DNA of 64,000 nucleotides. Source: Candidatus Heimdallarchaeota archaeon. Its GTDB lineage: Archaea > Asgardarchaeota > Heimdallarchaeia > Heimdallarchaeales > Heimdallarchaeaceae. The translations under genes and the position numbers were made by a program. Positions 47,953 to 56,477 of this stretch are shown piece by piece. Position 1 is the stretch's first letter. Each line of letters begins with the position of its first letter. Location: positions 18,545 to 82,544 of the forward strand of contig JAAFKJ010000043.1 of assembly GCA_021399395.1 (NCBI GenBank), read 5' to 3'. Below the pieces are notes generated by a model. It did not search any database. It was not told where the DNA came from and saw only the letters and a list, made by a program, of their open reading frames with translations.

Positions 47953-49641
47953 ATGAACTATAAAAGAATCCTGATTGCAAGTGGTTTAATATTAATAGTA
48001 CTTAATTTAACACCTTCTTTTTCTGAAGCAAAAGAAAGTTCTCAAACCGATCCAAGCATAATTGTTAACCAAGACGTGGATTTCTATTTCAATGTTACAA
48101 CTATGCGTACAGATATTTCAATTCGAAGTGATGGTTCTATAGATATTTATTATCTAATTGAATTCTTTAATCATCCAAATTCTTCATATAGCGAGCCTAT
48201 ATGGGTTTTTGATATCGGTTTTCCAAACGTCTATTATGATCTCGATTCTGTAAGAGCAAAAATAAATGGTACAGAAGTTACGGAAATTAACAAAAGTCCT
48301 TATGTAGATATAGGCGTAGAAGTGATTTTCAATTCATTTGCTATTCCTTTGGGATACACTGGTGTTCTAGAAGTGTGGTGTCATAATCCAATAATGGTTT
48401 TTGAAGATGAAAATGAAGGCTTCGGATCCACTGTCTTTCTACAAACATGGTTTTATTGGGAATTTGTTTACAGTCAAACCTTTAGAACAGTTCGGTTTTA
48501 TTTCCCTGATGGCTTAGAAGACATAACTGTGGTGCAACCACGAGTTTATGAATACGGTGATTTTACAACATTTGTCCACCCCACAAATAGTTCTCTATCC
48601 TATGTTCAGTTTTATGACATAGGGTATCCTGATGATGGTTACTGGGTTGGCGTCGCCTTTCCTGAGGATTATGCAAGAATTTTCAGTTCATTTTGGCGAC
48701 TAAAAGTTTTCGGAAATATTCTCCAATATCCCATGTTTGCTGTTGTAATTTCTGTATTGATTCTTGGTTCCATTATTTTAATATTAAATAAAAGAAGAAA
48801 TAAAAGAAAATACCTTCCTCCATCAATCAGTTCTTTAGGCGGCGGAGTAAGAGAAAAACTAGACCCCTCTGACGTAGCGATTTTGCTTGAAAGACCCTTA
48901 ACGCAAGTTGCATCTCTGATGCTTTTTGAAATGATGGAGAAAGGGTATATCTCTGTGAAGAAAACTGAACCGGCCTTAAGGTTACAAGTAGTAATAGATT
49001 CCGAGAAAAAAGCACAGTTACTGAAACACGAAAAGGCAATTATTCGAGGTATTGAAAAACGCAATAAAGAAGATATAAAGTGGGAAAAAGGCGCATCACA
49101 TGGTGCTATACCTCCAGAACCAGTTCATCAAGATGAGATAAAAATAGCTATAGTTCATCAGATTAAATCGGTTACTAAGAAAATGAAAGGATTTTCAGCT
49201 AGAAAAACACGAGATTATTATGAAGCAATTATTGAAAGAGCTTGGCAAGAAATGAGTAAGTCAAACCCAGAACTGAAAAATGCGTTCTTATGGATAATGG
49301 TTGATGAAAAATATGAACAACAACTCGAAAAACAAGGAGCGGATTATTACTATCCTCGATGGTATGTAAGCAGTTATTATATCTACTTGGGACGTTCTTA
49401 TACACCATCAAGTAGAAGTCATTTTGTGAGGATTCCTAAGGGATCACGTATCCCTCATTCAAGACCTGCAAATACGTTTATGTCCGGTCTAATTCACAAA
49501 CCTCAATCTCTCCATAATTCAATTAGAAATGTAACCAGACCTCCATCAACATCAAGTGGAGGAAGATCTGGTGGTGGTAGCGGTGGTGGATGTGCATGCG
49601 CTTGTGCTTGTGCATGTGCTTGTGCAGGAGGCGGAAGATGA
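47953..49641 (+). CDS. signal-peptide/single-TM protein whose cytoplasmic C-terminus ends in a Gly/Ser linker plus a (Cys-Ala)6 tail; candidate substrate of the downstream radical SAM enzyme
   Basis: N-terminal signal (MNYKRILIASGLILIVLNL), a ~230-aa ectodomain, a TM near residue 260 followed by KRRNKRK, a ~280-aa cytoplasmic domain, then ...PPSTSSGGRSGGGSGGGCACACACACACAGGGR. The stop overlaps the next ATG (ATGA). Confidence 0.6.
   Translation: MNYKRILIASGLILIVLNLTPSFSEAKESSQTDPSIIVNQDVDFYFNVTTMRTDISIRSDGSIDIYYLIEFFNHPNSSYSEPIWVFDIGFPNVYYDLDSVRAKINGTEVTEINKSPYVDIGVEVIFNSFAIPLGYTGVLEVWCHNPIMVFEDENEGFGSTVFLQTWFYWEFVYSQTFRTVRFYFPDGLEDITVVQPRVYEYGDFTTFVHPTNSSLSYVQFYDIGYPDDGYWVGVAFPEDYARIFSSFWRLKVFGNILQYPMFAVVISVLILGSIILILNKRRNKRKYLPPSISSLGGGVREKLDPSDVAILLERPLTQVASLMLFEMMEKGYISVKKTEPALRLQVVIDSEKKAQLLKHEKAIIRGIEKRNKEDIKWEKGASHGAIPPEPVHQDEIKIAIVHQIKSVTKKMKGFSARKTRDYYEAIIERAWQEMSKSNPELKNAFLWIMVDEKYEQQLEKQGADYYYPRWYVSSYYIYLGRSYTPSSRSHFVRIPKGSRIPHSRPANTFMSGLIHKPQSLHNSIRNVTRPPSTSSGGRSGGGSGGGCACACACACACAGGGR
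49591..49626 (+). repeat. hexanucleotide microsatellite (TGYGCW)6 encoding the (Cys-Ala)6 tail
   Basis: The sequence tgtgca tgcgct tgtgct tgtgca tgtgct tgtgca is read directly from the window. Confidence 0.9.
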
Positions 49642-50981
49642 TGGATTTAACAGACATACTAAGCAGATTTGGAATAACAACAAAATCCAAAATGTCTCAT
49701 CAAAGAAATGTAGATACAACAGCGAGAATGCATTTGAGAAAAGAAAAGAAAGGAAAGAGTCTCTTGTTAGTAAATGCTACAATGATTTTCCACCTCAATA
49801 AGACAGCAACTGATTTTGCATCCCGAATAATCGATGGAAAAGATGATGCTGAAATCATCCGTGAGATGAAAAGAAAGTATCGTGTCTCAGAAGAACAACT
49901 GAAATCGGATTTGGATGATCTCAGAAACTCCATTACCAGGTTAATGGATGAACCCGATATCGATCCGGTTCAGCATTTGTCTCAAGATGTCAGTCCTCTT
50001 TTAGAAGCACCCTTCTCAGCTCCATTGCGAATGGATCTTGCTCTTACTTATAGGTGTAACAACAAATGCTCTAAGTGTTATGTTGAAAATTATAGGGATG
50101 TAAAGGAACTATCAACTATTGAATGGAAACAGGTTTTAGATACTCTTTGGGCGAGAGGGATTCCCCATGTTACTTTTACTGGTGGAGAACCTACAATGAG
50201 ACCTGATCTTCCAGAATTAGTCAAATATGCGGAGGACCTAGGAATCATAACTGGTCTGATATCCAACGGTAGAAAACTAAAAAACAAGAAATTAGTAAAC
50301 TCCCTCATAGAAGCAGGAATTGATCATTTTCAAATCACACTAGAAAGTCACGATGCTTCAGTTCACGACTCTTTAAGTGGAGAACGAGGTGCTTGGAAAG
50401 AAACAGTTGAAGGTATTAAGAACATCGTACCTACTCCAGTTTATATTATGACTAATACTACTCTAACTCCTTACAATGTAAAGGACATAGAAAAAACAGT
50501 CGAATTTTTACATTCTATAGGCATTGAACAATTTGCAGCAAATAGTATAATAAAATCTGGTGGAGGAAAACAGGAGGATATGGCACTCACTATAGAGGAA
50601 CTAGATGCGGCTATAACGAAGATTATGAATAAAGCAACTGAACTAGGGATGAAATTCATCTGGTATAGCCCAACAAGATATTGTGAATTTAATCCAATTG
50701 AGAAAGGATTGGGGATGAAACAATGCTCTGCTGCTCATATTGCCATGGCTATTGAACCAGATGGTGAAGTGATACCATGTCAAAGCTATTTCGAAACTCT
50801 AGGTAATATCCTTACAACAAGATGGAATAAAATCTGGAATCATAAAACTGCAAGGAAATTAAGGAATATGAAATATCTTCAAGAGGAATGCCTTGACTGC
50901 CCCGAAAGAGAAATTTGTGGTGGGGGATGTCCACTAAACTATGCCGCTCCAATGAATCTATGCAAAACTTCATTTTCTTAA
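49638..50981 (+). CDS. radical SAM/SPASM-domain maturase with an N-terminal PqqD-like RRE domain
   Basis: Residues ~40-105 match the PqqD/RRE pattern (LLLVNATMIFHLNKTATDFASRIIDGKDDAEIIREMKRKYRVSEEQL). The CxxxCxxC cluster (RCNNKCSKCY), the GGEP-type SAM motif (FTGGEPTMRPDL) and a C-terminal SPASM Cys cluster (CLDCPEREICGGGCP) are present. The start is reassigned to the ATG overlapping the upstream stop. Confidence 0.85.
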   Translation: MMDLTDILSRFGITTKSKMSHQRNVDTTARMHLRKEKKGKSLLLVNATMIFHLNKTATDFASRIIDGKDDAEIIREMKRKYRVSEEQLKSDLDDLRNSITRLMDEPDIDPVQHLSQDVSPLLEAPFSAPLRMDLALTYRCNNKCSKCYVENYRDVKELSTIEWKQVLDTLWARGIPHVTFTGGEPTMRPDLPELVKYAEDLGIITGLISNGRKLKNKKLVNSLIEAGIDHFQITLESHDASVHDSLSGERGAWKETVEGIKNIVPTPVYIMTNTTLTPYNVKDIEKTVEFLHSIGIEQFAANSIIKSGGGKQEDMALTIEELDAAITKIMNKATELGMKFIWYSPTRYCEFNPIEKGLGMKQCSAAHIAMAIEPDGEVIPCQSYFETLGNILTTRWNKIWNHKTARKLRNMKYLQEECLDCPEREICGGGCPLNYAAPMNLCKTSFS

Positions 50982-50990
50982 TTTTTCCTG

Positions 50991-51746
50991 GTGTCTGAGA
51001 TGTCTAAAGATGTTGACTGGGGTCCAAAAATCCATGAACAATTTAGAAGACAAGCAAAGTGGACAGAAGATTTTAGAAAACAAATCTATCGTCAAGTGAG
51101 CTTAAAAAGTGCTAAACGAGTTCTAGAAGTGGGGTGTGGAACAGGTGTAATTGCAGAGGAGTTGAAACAGAAATCTAATGCAAAGATAACCGCCATTGAT
51201 ATTGATGAAAGAATGATAAAAATTGCAGAAGAGAATGTGAAAGACGTTCAATTTTTGGTTGAGAACGCGGAAAAAATGTCAATGAAGGATAATTTCTTTG
51301 ATGTAATCTTTTGTCAGTATCTGTTTTTGTGGTTACCAAATCCCAAACAAGCTCTTAGGGAGATGGTAAGGGTGTGTAAGAAAGGAGGATATATTGTAGC
51401 TTTAGCAGAACCCGATTATGGAGCTTGGTTAGAATACCCTGAAATGGATTTAGGGAAAAAACATATTAAATATTTAGAAAAAGAAGGGGCTGATCCACTA
51501 ATGGGTCGTAAGTTGCTAAGTTTATTTGAAGAAGCAGGATTACAAACATACCTGGTAACTATAGCTCAAAGTTGGAACCAAGAGAATCTTCGAAACAATA
51601 TTGAAGAAGAATGGAAAAGAGTATTGGAAGCAGATTTGATATCAGAAGAGGAATATTCGAAAATAATAGAGAAAGAATTTGAGCTAATCGATAAAAACCA
51701 AAGAATGATTTTTATGCCAGTTTTTTGTGCAATAGGCAAGAAATAG
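50991..51746 (+). CDS. class I SAM-dependent methyltransferase
   Basis: Motif I (VLEVGCGTGVIAEEL), the post-I acidic residue (AIDIDE) and motif II/III spacing are present. It starts 10 nt after the rSAM stop. Confidence 0.75.
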   Translation: MSEMSKDVDWGPKIHEQFRRQAKWTEDFRKQIYRQVSLKSAKRVLEVGCGTGVIAEELKQKSNAKITAIDIDERMIKIAEENVKDVQFLVENAEKMSMKDNFFDVIFCQYLFLWLPNPKQALREMVRVCKKGGYIVALAEPDYGAWLEYPEMDLGKKHIKYLEKEGADPLMGRKLLSLFEEAGLQTYLVTIAQSWNQENLRNNIEEEWKRVLEADLISEEEYSKIIEKEFELIDKNQRMIFMPVFCAIGKK

Positions 51747-51765
51747 ATTAAAAATAGAAGAAAAA

Positions 51766-51890
51766 TGGTCGGGCCTCCGTGATTTGAACACGGGACCGCT
51801 CGGTAAATGCGACTGACAACTTGTTCACTGTTTCCTCACAAGTGCGATTTCTCTACAGCCGAGTGCTCTAAGCCACTGAGCTAAGGCCCG
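51766..51890 (-). tRNA. tRNA-Tyr(GUA) with a ~49-nt intron in the anticodon loop and an encoded 3' CCA
   Basis: Hand-folded from the reverse complement. Acceptor stem CGGGCCU/AGGCCCG, D-arm GCUC...GAGC, anticodon stem CUCGG/CCGAG with loop CUGUAGA, T-arm CCGUG-UUCAAAU-CACGG, discriminator A plus CCA. The intron lies between the anticodon loop and the 3' anticodon-stem strand. Confidence 0.7.
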
Positions 51891-52079
51891 GATTTTTGAT
51901 TCATCAACCTAAATTGATGCGTCTACTCTGTTTGCAATTTACTTTCTTCTTAAATTTTTCTTTTCTATTCCATATTCTAACTTAATCGATCTGGTTCTAT
52001 CTTTGAAAGAAAATGCTTTGGAATTACCCCATTTAAGTAAACTTAAAAACATGTTCTTGTATATTTTCACACGATAATT

Positions 52080-52571
52080 ATGAGTGAATCTAACGTGCAT
52101 TTGTATAAACTGCAAGAGCGTCAATATGATATTGAGGCAGATCTCTATAAAAGATTAGGCGAACTTCAGGACTTGAGAAAAAAGATAGCTGAACAAAATA
52201 AAGGAAAATCTAAGGACCATAGAGAAAAGGAACAACATCTTATAAAAAAGGCTGAGTTTGAGGAGAGGGGCTTACCTGATAAAGCATTAAAGAGTGAAGT
52301 TAAAGCAATGAACCAAGATACTCAGATAGCTAAGAAAGATGCTAAGATTAAGGAACTTGAACGTAGAATTCGTAATGTTGAGGAAGAAATTGAAGAAATT
52401 GAATCTGAGTTGAGTGAGGCTGAAGCTGATGTTAAGGCTCATGAGACCGGCGCTCCTGTTGATGAACCGGAAGACAACTATGAAGAATCCTATGAACCTG
52501 CTGTTCTTGATGATTCCGAAGAGGAAGAATCTGAATCTGATTCAGTTAATGATCTAAGTTATCAAGATTAG
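52080..52571 (+). CDS. hypothetical acidic coiled-coil protein
   Basis: 163 aa, Glu/Lys-rich heptads and an acidic Ser/Glu-rich tail. Confidence 0.45.
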   Translation: MSESNVHLYKLQERQYDIEADLYKRLGELQDLRKKIAEQNKGKSKDHREKEQHLIKKAEFEERGLPDKALKSEVKAMNQDTQIAKKDAKIKELERRIRNVEEEIEEIESELSEAEADVKAHETGAPVDEPEDNYEESYEPAVLDDSEEEESESDSVNDLSYQD

Positions 52572-52620
52572 AGTTTTTTTCTTCTTTTCATATTTATTTT
52601 CTTATTTTTGTCTTTCCAAG
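52572..52620 (+). terminator. oligo-T terminator candidate downstream of the coiled-coil gene
   Basis: A T7 run and further T-rich stretches directly follow the stop. Confidence 0.3.
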
Positions 52621-52665
52621 AAATTTATTTATAGCTAAAGTTTTTCTTTTTCCAGGTGACATTCT

Positions 52666-53049
52666 ATGGAACTATATGGAACAGCTGATTGGAAAACAGA
52701 AAAACATGTACCAGTAATTGAATCTCCTGATGTAGTTGGAATAGGTAAGAAGACTCCTATCACAGTGAGTGTTGGAAAAGAAATTGCTCATCCTAATAAG
52801 ACCGAGCATCATATCTCTTGGATCAAACTAATGTTTTGGCCAGTAGATGAAAAATATCCTTACCAAATAGGATTAGCAAATTTTGATGCACATGGCGCAT
52901 CTATTAAGGGTCCAGATACCAGTGGGATCTACTCTGAACCTTTTGCAGTCTTTCAACTAATTACAGACAAACCAGGAAAACTTATTGCAACTTCATATTG
53001 TAATATTCATGGTTTCTGGAAATTTGAAAAAGAAATCAAAGTAGAGTAA
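52666..53049 (+). CDS. sor: superoxide reductase (1Fe-SOR, neelaredoxin type)
   Basis: The iron-ligand motifs (EKHVPVIE, HPNKTEHHI, CNIHGFW) match 1Fe-SOR, e.g. the P. furiosus enzyme, almost block for block; 127 aa. Confidence 0.85.
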   Translation: MELYGTADWKTEKHVPVIESPDVVGIGKKTPITVSVGKEIAHPNKTEHHISWIKLMFWPVDEKYPYQIGLANFDAHGASIKGPDTSGIYSEPFAVFQLITDKPGKLIATSYCNIHGFWKFEKEIKVE

Positions 53050-53066
53050 TTTATTACTCTCTCTCT

Positions 53067-53987
53067 TTATTTTTTACCATTAGCATCTGTTAGTAATTTA
53101 GTTATAGTTTCTCCTAGATCTTCTGGTTGTTCATAATTCTGCTTAATAATATCATAATCTTCTCCTTTAACCTCCCTTTTTCTATATTTTAAAGGATCTA
53201 GGAAGTAAAGTGCAAAAATTATTGCGCCTATGACAGCAGCTGAAACACCAACGATTATAATTACTACATTGCTAGGAATTGTGCTACGAAGAACAATAGT
53301 AATTTCATGATTTCCTGGACTCAAGATATCAGTTACTAAATATAATTCTTGGTCTTCTAAATCGGTCAGTACCTTTTGGTTTTTGATAACGTACATACTT
53401 TCCAAATATTCATTCCAGTTTGATTCATAACTGGGGTGATAGAATGAAAACCAGAGAATGGCGCTAATATCTTCAAATGCTGAACTGAAATGTAAATTAT
53501 AATACCCTCTCTTCAGTGTTTCAATTGGAAACACTTTGTAATCAATAATACTCCCAGAATTAAAACTCCAACAAAAGATCTTATTCTTGTGTGAAAAACC
53601 GTTTATCTCATCATTAACTGTTAATGTGAAACTTTCTATGCTAATCGATATTTCCAGTGTTTGAGTATTTGGGTTATCTATCGTTAGTGCGAATGAGCCT
53701 GTGCCAATAAATGTCACAACAAGATTCTTTGTATAACTGGTTCGAGCAGCAACCAATCCGTCATATTGATCCTTTATATCTAGACTATAAGGTATCTCTG
53801 AGATAGAATTATCTACTTCAATAATGAATACGCTTCCAGTTTCTTCTGAAAATTCTATTATTAAATTCGAATTACCTTCAATTTGGTAACTTGCCTCTGC
53901 ATTTGCTTTATTTGATATAAAAGGTGAAAATAAAACAATAAAGATACAAAAAACAACAATTTTATTCCCTCGTAACATTGTACCCAA
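53067..53987 (-). CDS. hypothetical secreted protein with a C-terminal TM anchor
   Basis: Signal peptide, a beta-rich ectodomain, then a TM (IIIVGVSAAVIGAIIFALYFL) and a short cytoplasmic tail. Confidence 0.45.
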   Translation of the reverse strand: MGTMLRGNKIVVFCIFIVLFSPFISNKANAEASYQIEGNSNLIIEFSEETGSVFIIEVDNSISEIPYSLDIKDQYDGLVAARTSYTKNLVVTFIGTGSFALTIDNPNTQTLEISISIESFTLTVNDEINGFSHKNKIFCWSFNSGSIIDYKVFPIETLKRGYYNLHFSSAFEDISAILWFSFYHPSYESNWNEYLESMYVIKNQKVLTDLEDQELYLVTDILSPGNHEITIVLRSTIPSNVVIIIVGVSAAVIGAIIFALYFLDPLKYRKREVKGEDYDIIKQNYEQPEDLGETITKLLTDANGKK

Positions 53988-54078
53988 CAGGTAAACTACT
54001 CGTTCAAATATTTAAAACTTGATATTCAAATTGGTGTTTTCCAGTAAGATTAAAATTCATAGAAGATTATTTTGTATC

Positions 54079-54852
54079 ATGGAAGATTCAGATTTACTAG
54101 AATCTAAAGTATTATTTGAGTTGTTGTTGAAAGATGGTGATTCCCCCTTCTCCGGATGGGACTTCTCTCATATTGAAAATAGACGGGTAACAGCTCCATT
54201 AACTTGGAGCTATAGCACAGAGATACTCCCACATATCCGAATTGTTAACTCTATGCTCGATATGGGAACAGGTGGAGGAGAGTTTCTGTTACAACTTGCA
54301 CCTTTCCCACCTCATACTTGTGCGACAGAATCCTATGATCCAAATGTAATTATTGCTAAGAATCGTTTGAATCCTTTAGGTATAAACGTTGTAAAGATCG
54401 AGGGTGATGACACTCTTCCTTTCGAAGATGGGGAATTTGAGTTAGTAATAAATAGACATGAATCCTTCTCGATAGATGAAGTATATAGAATTCTTACTCC
54501 AGGTGGGTATTTTATTTCTCAGCAAGTAGGTGGAAAAAATGATCAACTTTTAAGAGAAATAATGGGGAGTAAAAAGAAAAGTGATTATGAACAATGGGAT
54601 TTAGATTATGAAATTAACGAATTAGAAGATAATGGATTTGTAGTATTAAAGAAAAAAGAAGCATTTCCGATAACCCGATTCTTTGACGTTGGTGCAATAG
54701 TTTTTTACTTCTTATCTATTCCTTGGGAATTACCTGGTTTTACTGTCGAGAAGTATCGTGAAAAACTCTGGGAAATTCATAATGTAATTGAAGATAATGG
54801 TTATATTGATGTTATCAGCCATCGATTTTTATTCAAAGCTCAAAGAAACTAA
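54079..54852 (+). CDS. class I SAM-dependent methyltransferase
   Basis: Motif I (LDMGTGGGEF) and a post-I acidic residue are present. The start is reassigned to the internal Met (MEDSDLL). Confidence 0.6.
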   Translation: MEDSDLLESKVLFELLLKDGDSPFSGWDFSHIENRRVTAPLTWSYSTEILPHIRIVNSMLDMGTGGGEFLLQLAPFPPHTCATESYDPNVIIAKNRLNPLGINVVKIEGDDTLPFEDGEFELVINRHESFSIDEVYRILTPGGYFISQQVGGKNDQLLREIMGSKKKSDYEQWDLDYEINELEDNGFVVLKKKEAFPITRFFDVGAIVFYFLSIPWELPGFTVEKYREKLWEIHNVIEDNGYIDVISHRFLFKAQRN

Positions 54853-54960
54853 TTCTCTCTTTTGTGTTACTTCAATTTTCTTCCTTATCCTAGATTGAAA
54901 CATAACGTTTAAATAATTGGACATCCCATGGGATGTTGAGTAACATCTGGTGAAATCTAT

Positions 54961-55422
54961 ATGAGTGAAAGAAATACAGAAGCTTCAGATAAAAATTATG
55001 AGAAAATAACAGTAAATTTGCCTTTAGTTGATATTGGTAAGATTGATTATTTAACTGACCAAGGACATTATAATTCACGTGCAGAATTTATACGAGTTGC
55101 AGTTAAAAACGAGATAAGTTCTCATAAGTATGAGTTCGATAAGATACAACAATCATTTGACAAAGAAGAACCGAAAGGAAAAAACGTTAGATCCTTTGTT
55201 GGTTTAGGTTCTCTTAACATTTCAAGAACTTATCTTGAGAAACTACTAAATGAGGGCAAGACAACAAGTATTTTTGTTATTGGACATTTACGAATTGGAA
55301 GAAACGTTGATGTAGAATTAGTAGAAAAGACTGTGCGGTCTTTTAGAGTGTATGGTATAAAACGTGGACCTCCTGGAGTGATTTCTTTCCTTGAAAGTTT
55401 GAAATACGTTAATGGAGATTAA
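54961..55422 (+). CDS. ribbon-helix-helix (CopG/Arc/MetJ-like) DNA-binding protein with a C-terminal extra domain
   Basis: An N-terminal beta-strand/helix pattern (KITVNLPLVDIGKIDYLTDQGHYNSRAEFIRVAVKNEI) typical of RHH is present. Confidence 0.5.
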   Translation: MSERNTEASDKNYEKITVNLPLVDIGKIDYLTDQGHYNSRAEFIRVAVKNEISSHKYEFDKIQQSFDKEEPKGKNVRSFVGLGSLNISRTYLEKLLNEGKTTSIFVIGHLRIGRNVDVELVEKTVRSFRVYGIKRGPPGVISFLESLKYVNGD

Positions 55423-55807
55423 ATTCTTCATTTCCATCTTTTTTGTTTAAACGATACGCATTCAAGAAAAGATCGAGAACAAAGCCTACAACTGAGCCAA
55501 TAAATGCACCAATCACTGCACCAGCTACAGATTGTAAAAGGGGTAATTTAGATGAGATATCTAGGTCCCAAATACCTGAAGTTGTTGGGAAAAGTAATTC
55601 AACTGGAATAGCAACAACAATTATTGCACCAATAATTGCACAGAACAAACTAAAGAAAATGAGAAACCTTTGATTATCCTTTCCTTCATCGATATGATCC
55701 TTGAATTTAATAAAAGGTAGTTTTTCACGTTCTGAGCTAATATCATCTAATAATTCTTCTAACTCAAAATCTTCTTCCCAAGTATCATCTTGTTGCATAA
55801 GTCTCAA
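55409..55807 (-). CDS. small hypothetical membrane protein
   Basis: Acidic N-terminus followed by two TM helices. Confidence 0.4.
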   Translation of the reverse strand: MRLMQQDDTWEEDFELEELLDDISSEREKLPFIKFKDHIDEGKDNQRFLIFFSLFCAIIGAIIVVAIPVELLFPTTSGIWDLDISSKLPLLQSVAGAVIGAFIGSVVGFVLDLFLNAYRLNKKDGNEEFNLH

Positions 55808-55865
55808 TTATATATTCACCATCTGAACAAATAAGTTTTTTTGCAAAGAAGTGGAATGTTTTGTT

Positions 55866-56414
55866 ATGAGCGAAGAAACAACAGATCAACTTCCATTTCC
55901 GAGACCTGGTTCGGCTGAATATGGCCTATTGTTAGAAACAGATGTTGAGAAGAAAAAAGCAATCTTAAAGCGATGGACACAAATGAATAAATTTTTCACA
56001 ATTCCATTGTATAAAGCAGGAATATTACCTATATTCGGTATGCACAAAATATTCTTACTTTTGTTCACTAAAGGAAGAAAGACTGGAAAGACAAGAGTTA
56101 CACCTCTTGAATATCGCAAAAAAGATGGTATAGTTCATGTGGTTGCTGGGAGAGGTAAGAAAGCTCATTGGTTTAAAAATCTGATTGCCAATCCTGATGA
56201 TGTAGTAGTTAAACTAGGATTCAAAAAAAGGAAAGTCTCTTTTGAGATACTTGAAACAATTGAAGAAAAGAATGACTTATTCACATGGTACGTGAAGAAA
56301 TATCCTAAAGCTGCTAAAATGCTATTCGGTTGGAATCCAAAAACAGATAATCCCGAAACAGCTGATTTCACCTCATTCTCAGAGTTGATTGAGATAGTAA
56401 AGTTCAATCTGTAG
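55866..56414 (+). CDS. DUF385 / nitroreductase-family deazaflavin-dependent oxidoreductase-like protein (PNPOx split-barrel)
   Basis: The family block LLFTKGRKTGKTRVTPLEY..DGIVHVVAGRGKKAHWFKNLIANPD.VVVKL is present. Confidence 0.65.
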   Translation: MSEETTDQLPFPRPGSAEYGLLLETDVEKKKAILKRWTQMNKFFTIPLYKAGILPIFGMHKIFLLLFTKGRKTGKTRVTPLEYRKKDGIVHVVAGRGKKAHWFKNLIANPDDVVVKLGFKKRKVSFEILETIEEKNDLFTWYVKKYPKAAKMLFGWNPKTDNPETADFTSFSELIEIVKFNL

Positions 56415-56477
56415 CTCCAATATTCTTTGCAATGTGATGTAAATCTTTATATTTTTTAAGAGAGTGTATATCTTACC

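Noticed and set aside
49591-49626. Whether the cacaca/tgtgca-rich stretch could be a CRISPR-like or regulatory repeat
   Set aside because: It is a single short in-frame microsatellite inside a CDS, with no spacer-repeat periodicity and no cas genes. It is treated as a coding repeat.
49556-49801. An alternative-frame ORF (81 aa) and the track's long start for the rSAM (MCMRLCLCMCLC... from 49590) reading through the (TGYGCW)6 repeat
   Set aside because: These are frame artefacts of the microsatellite. The conserved rSAM N-terminus (RRE domain) begins after the ATG at 49638, which overlaps the upstream stop, so that is taken as the real start.
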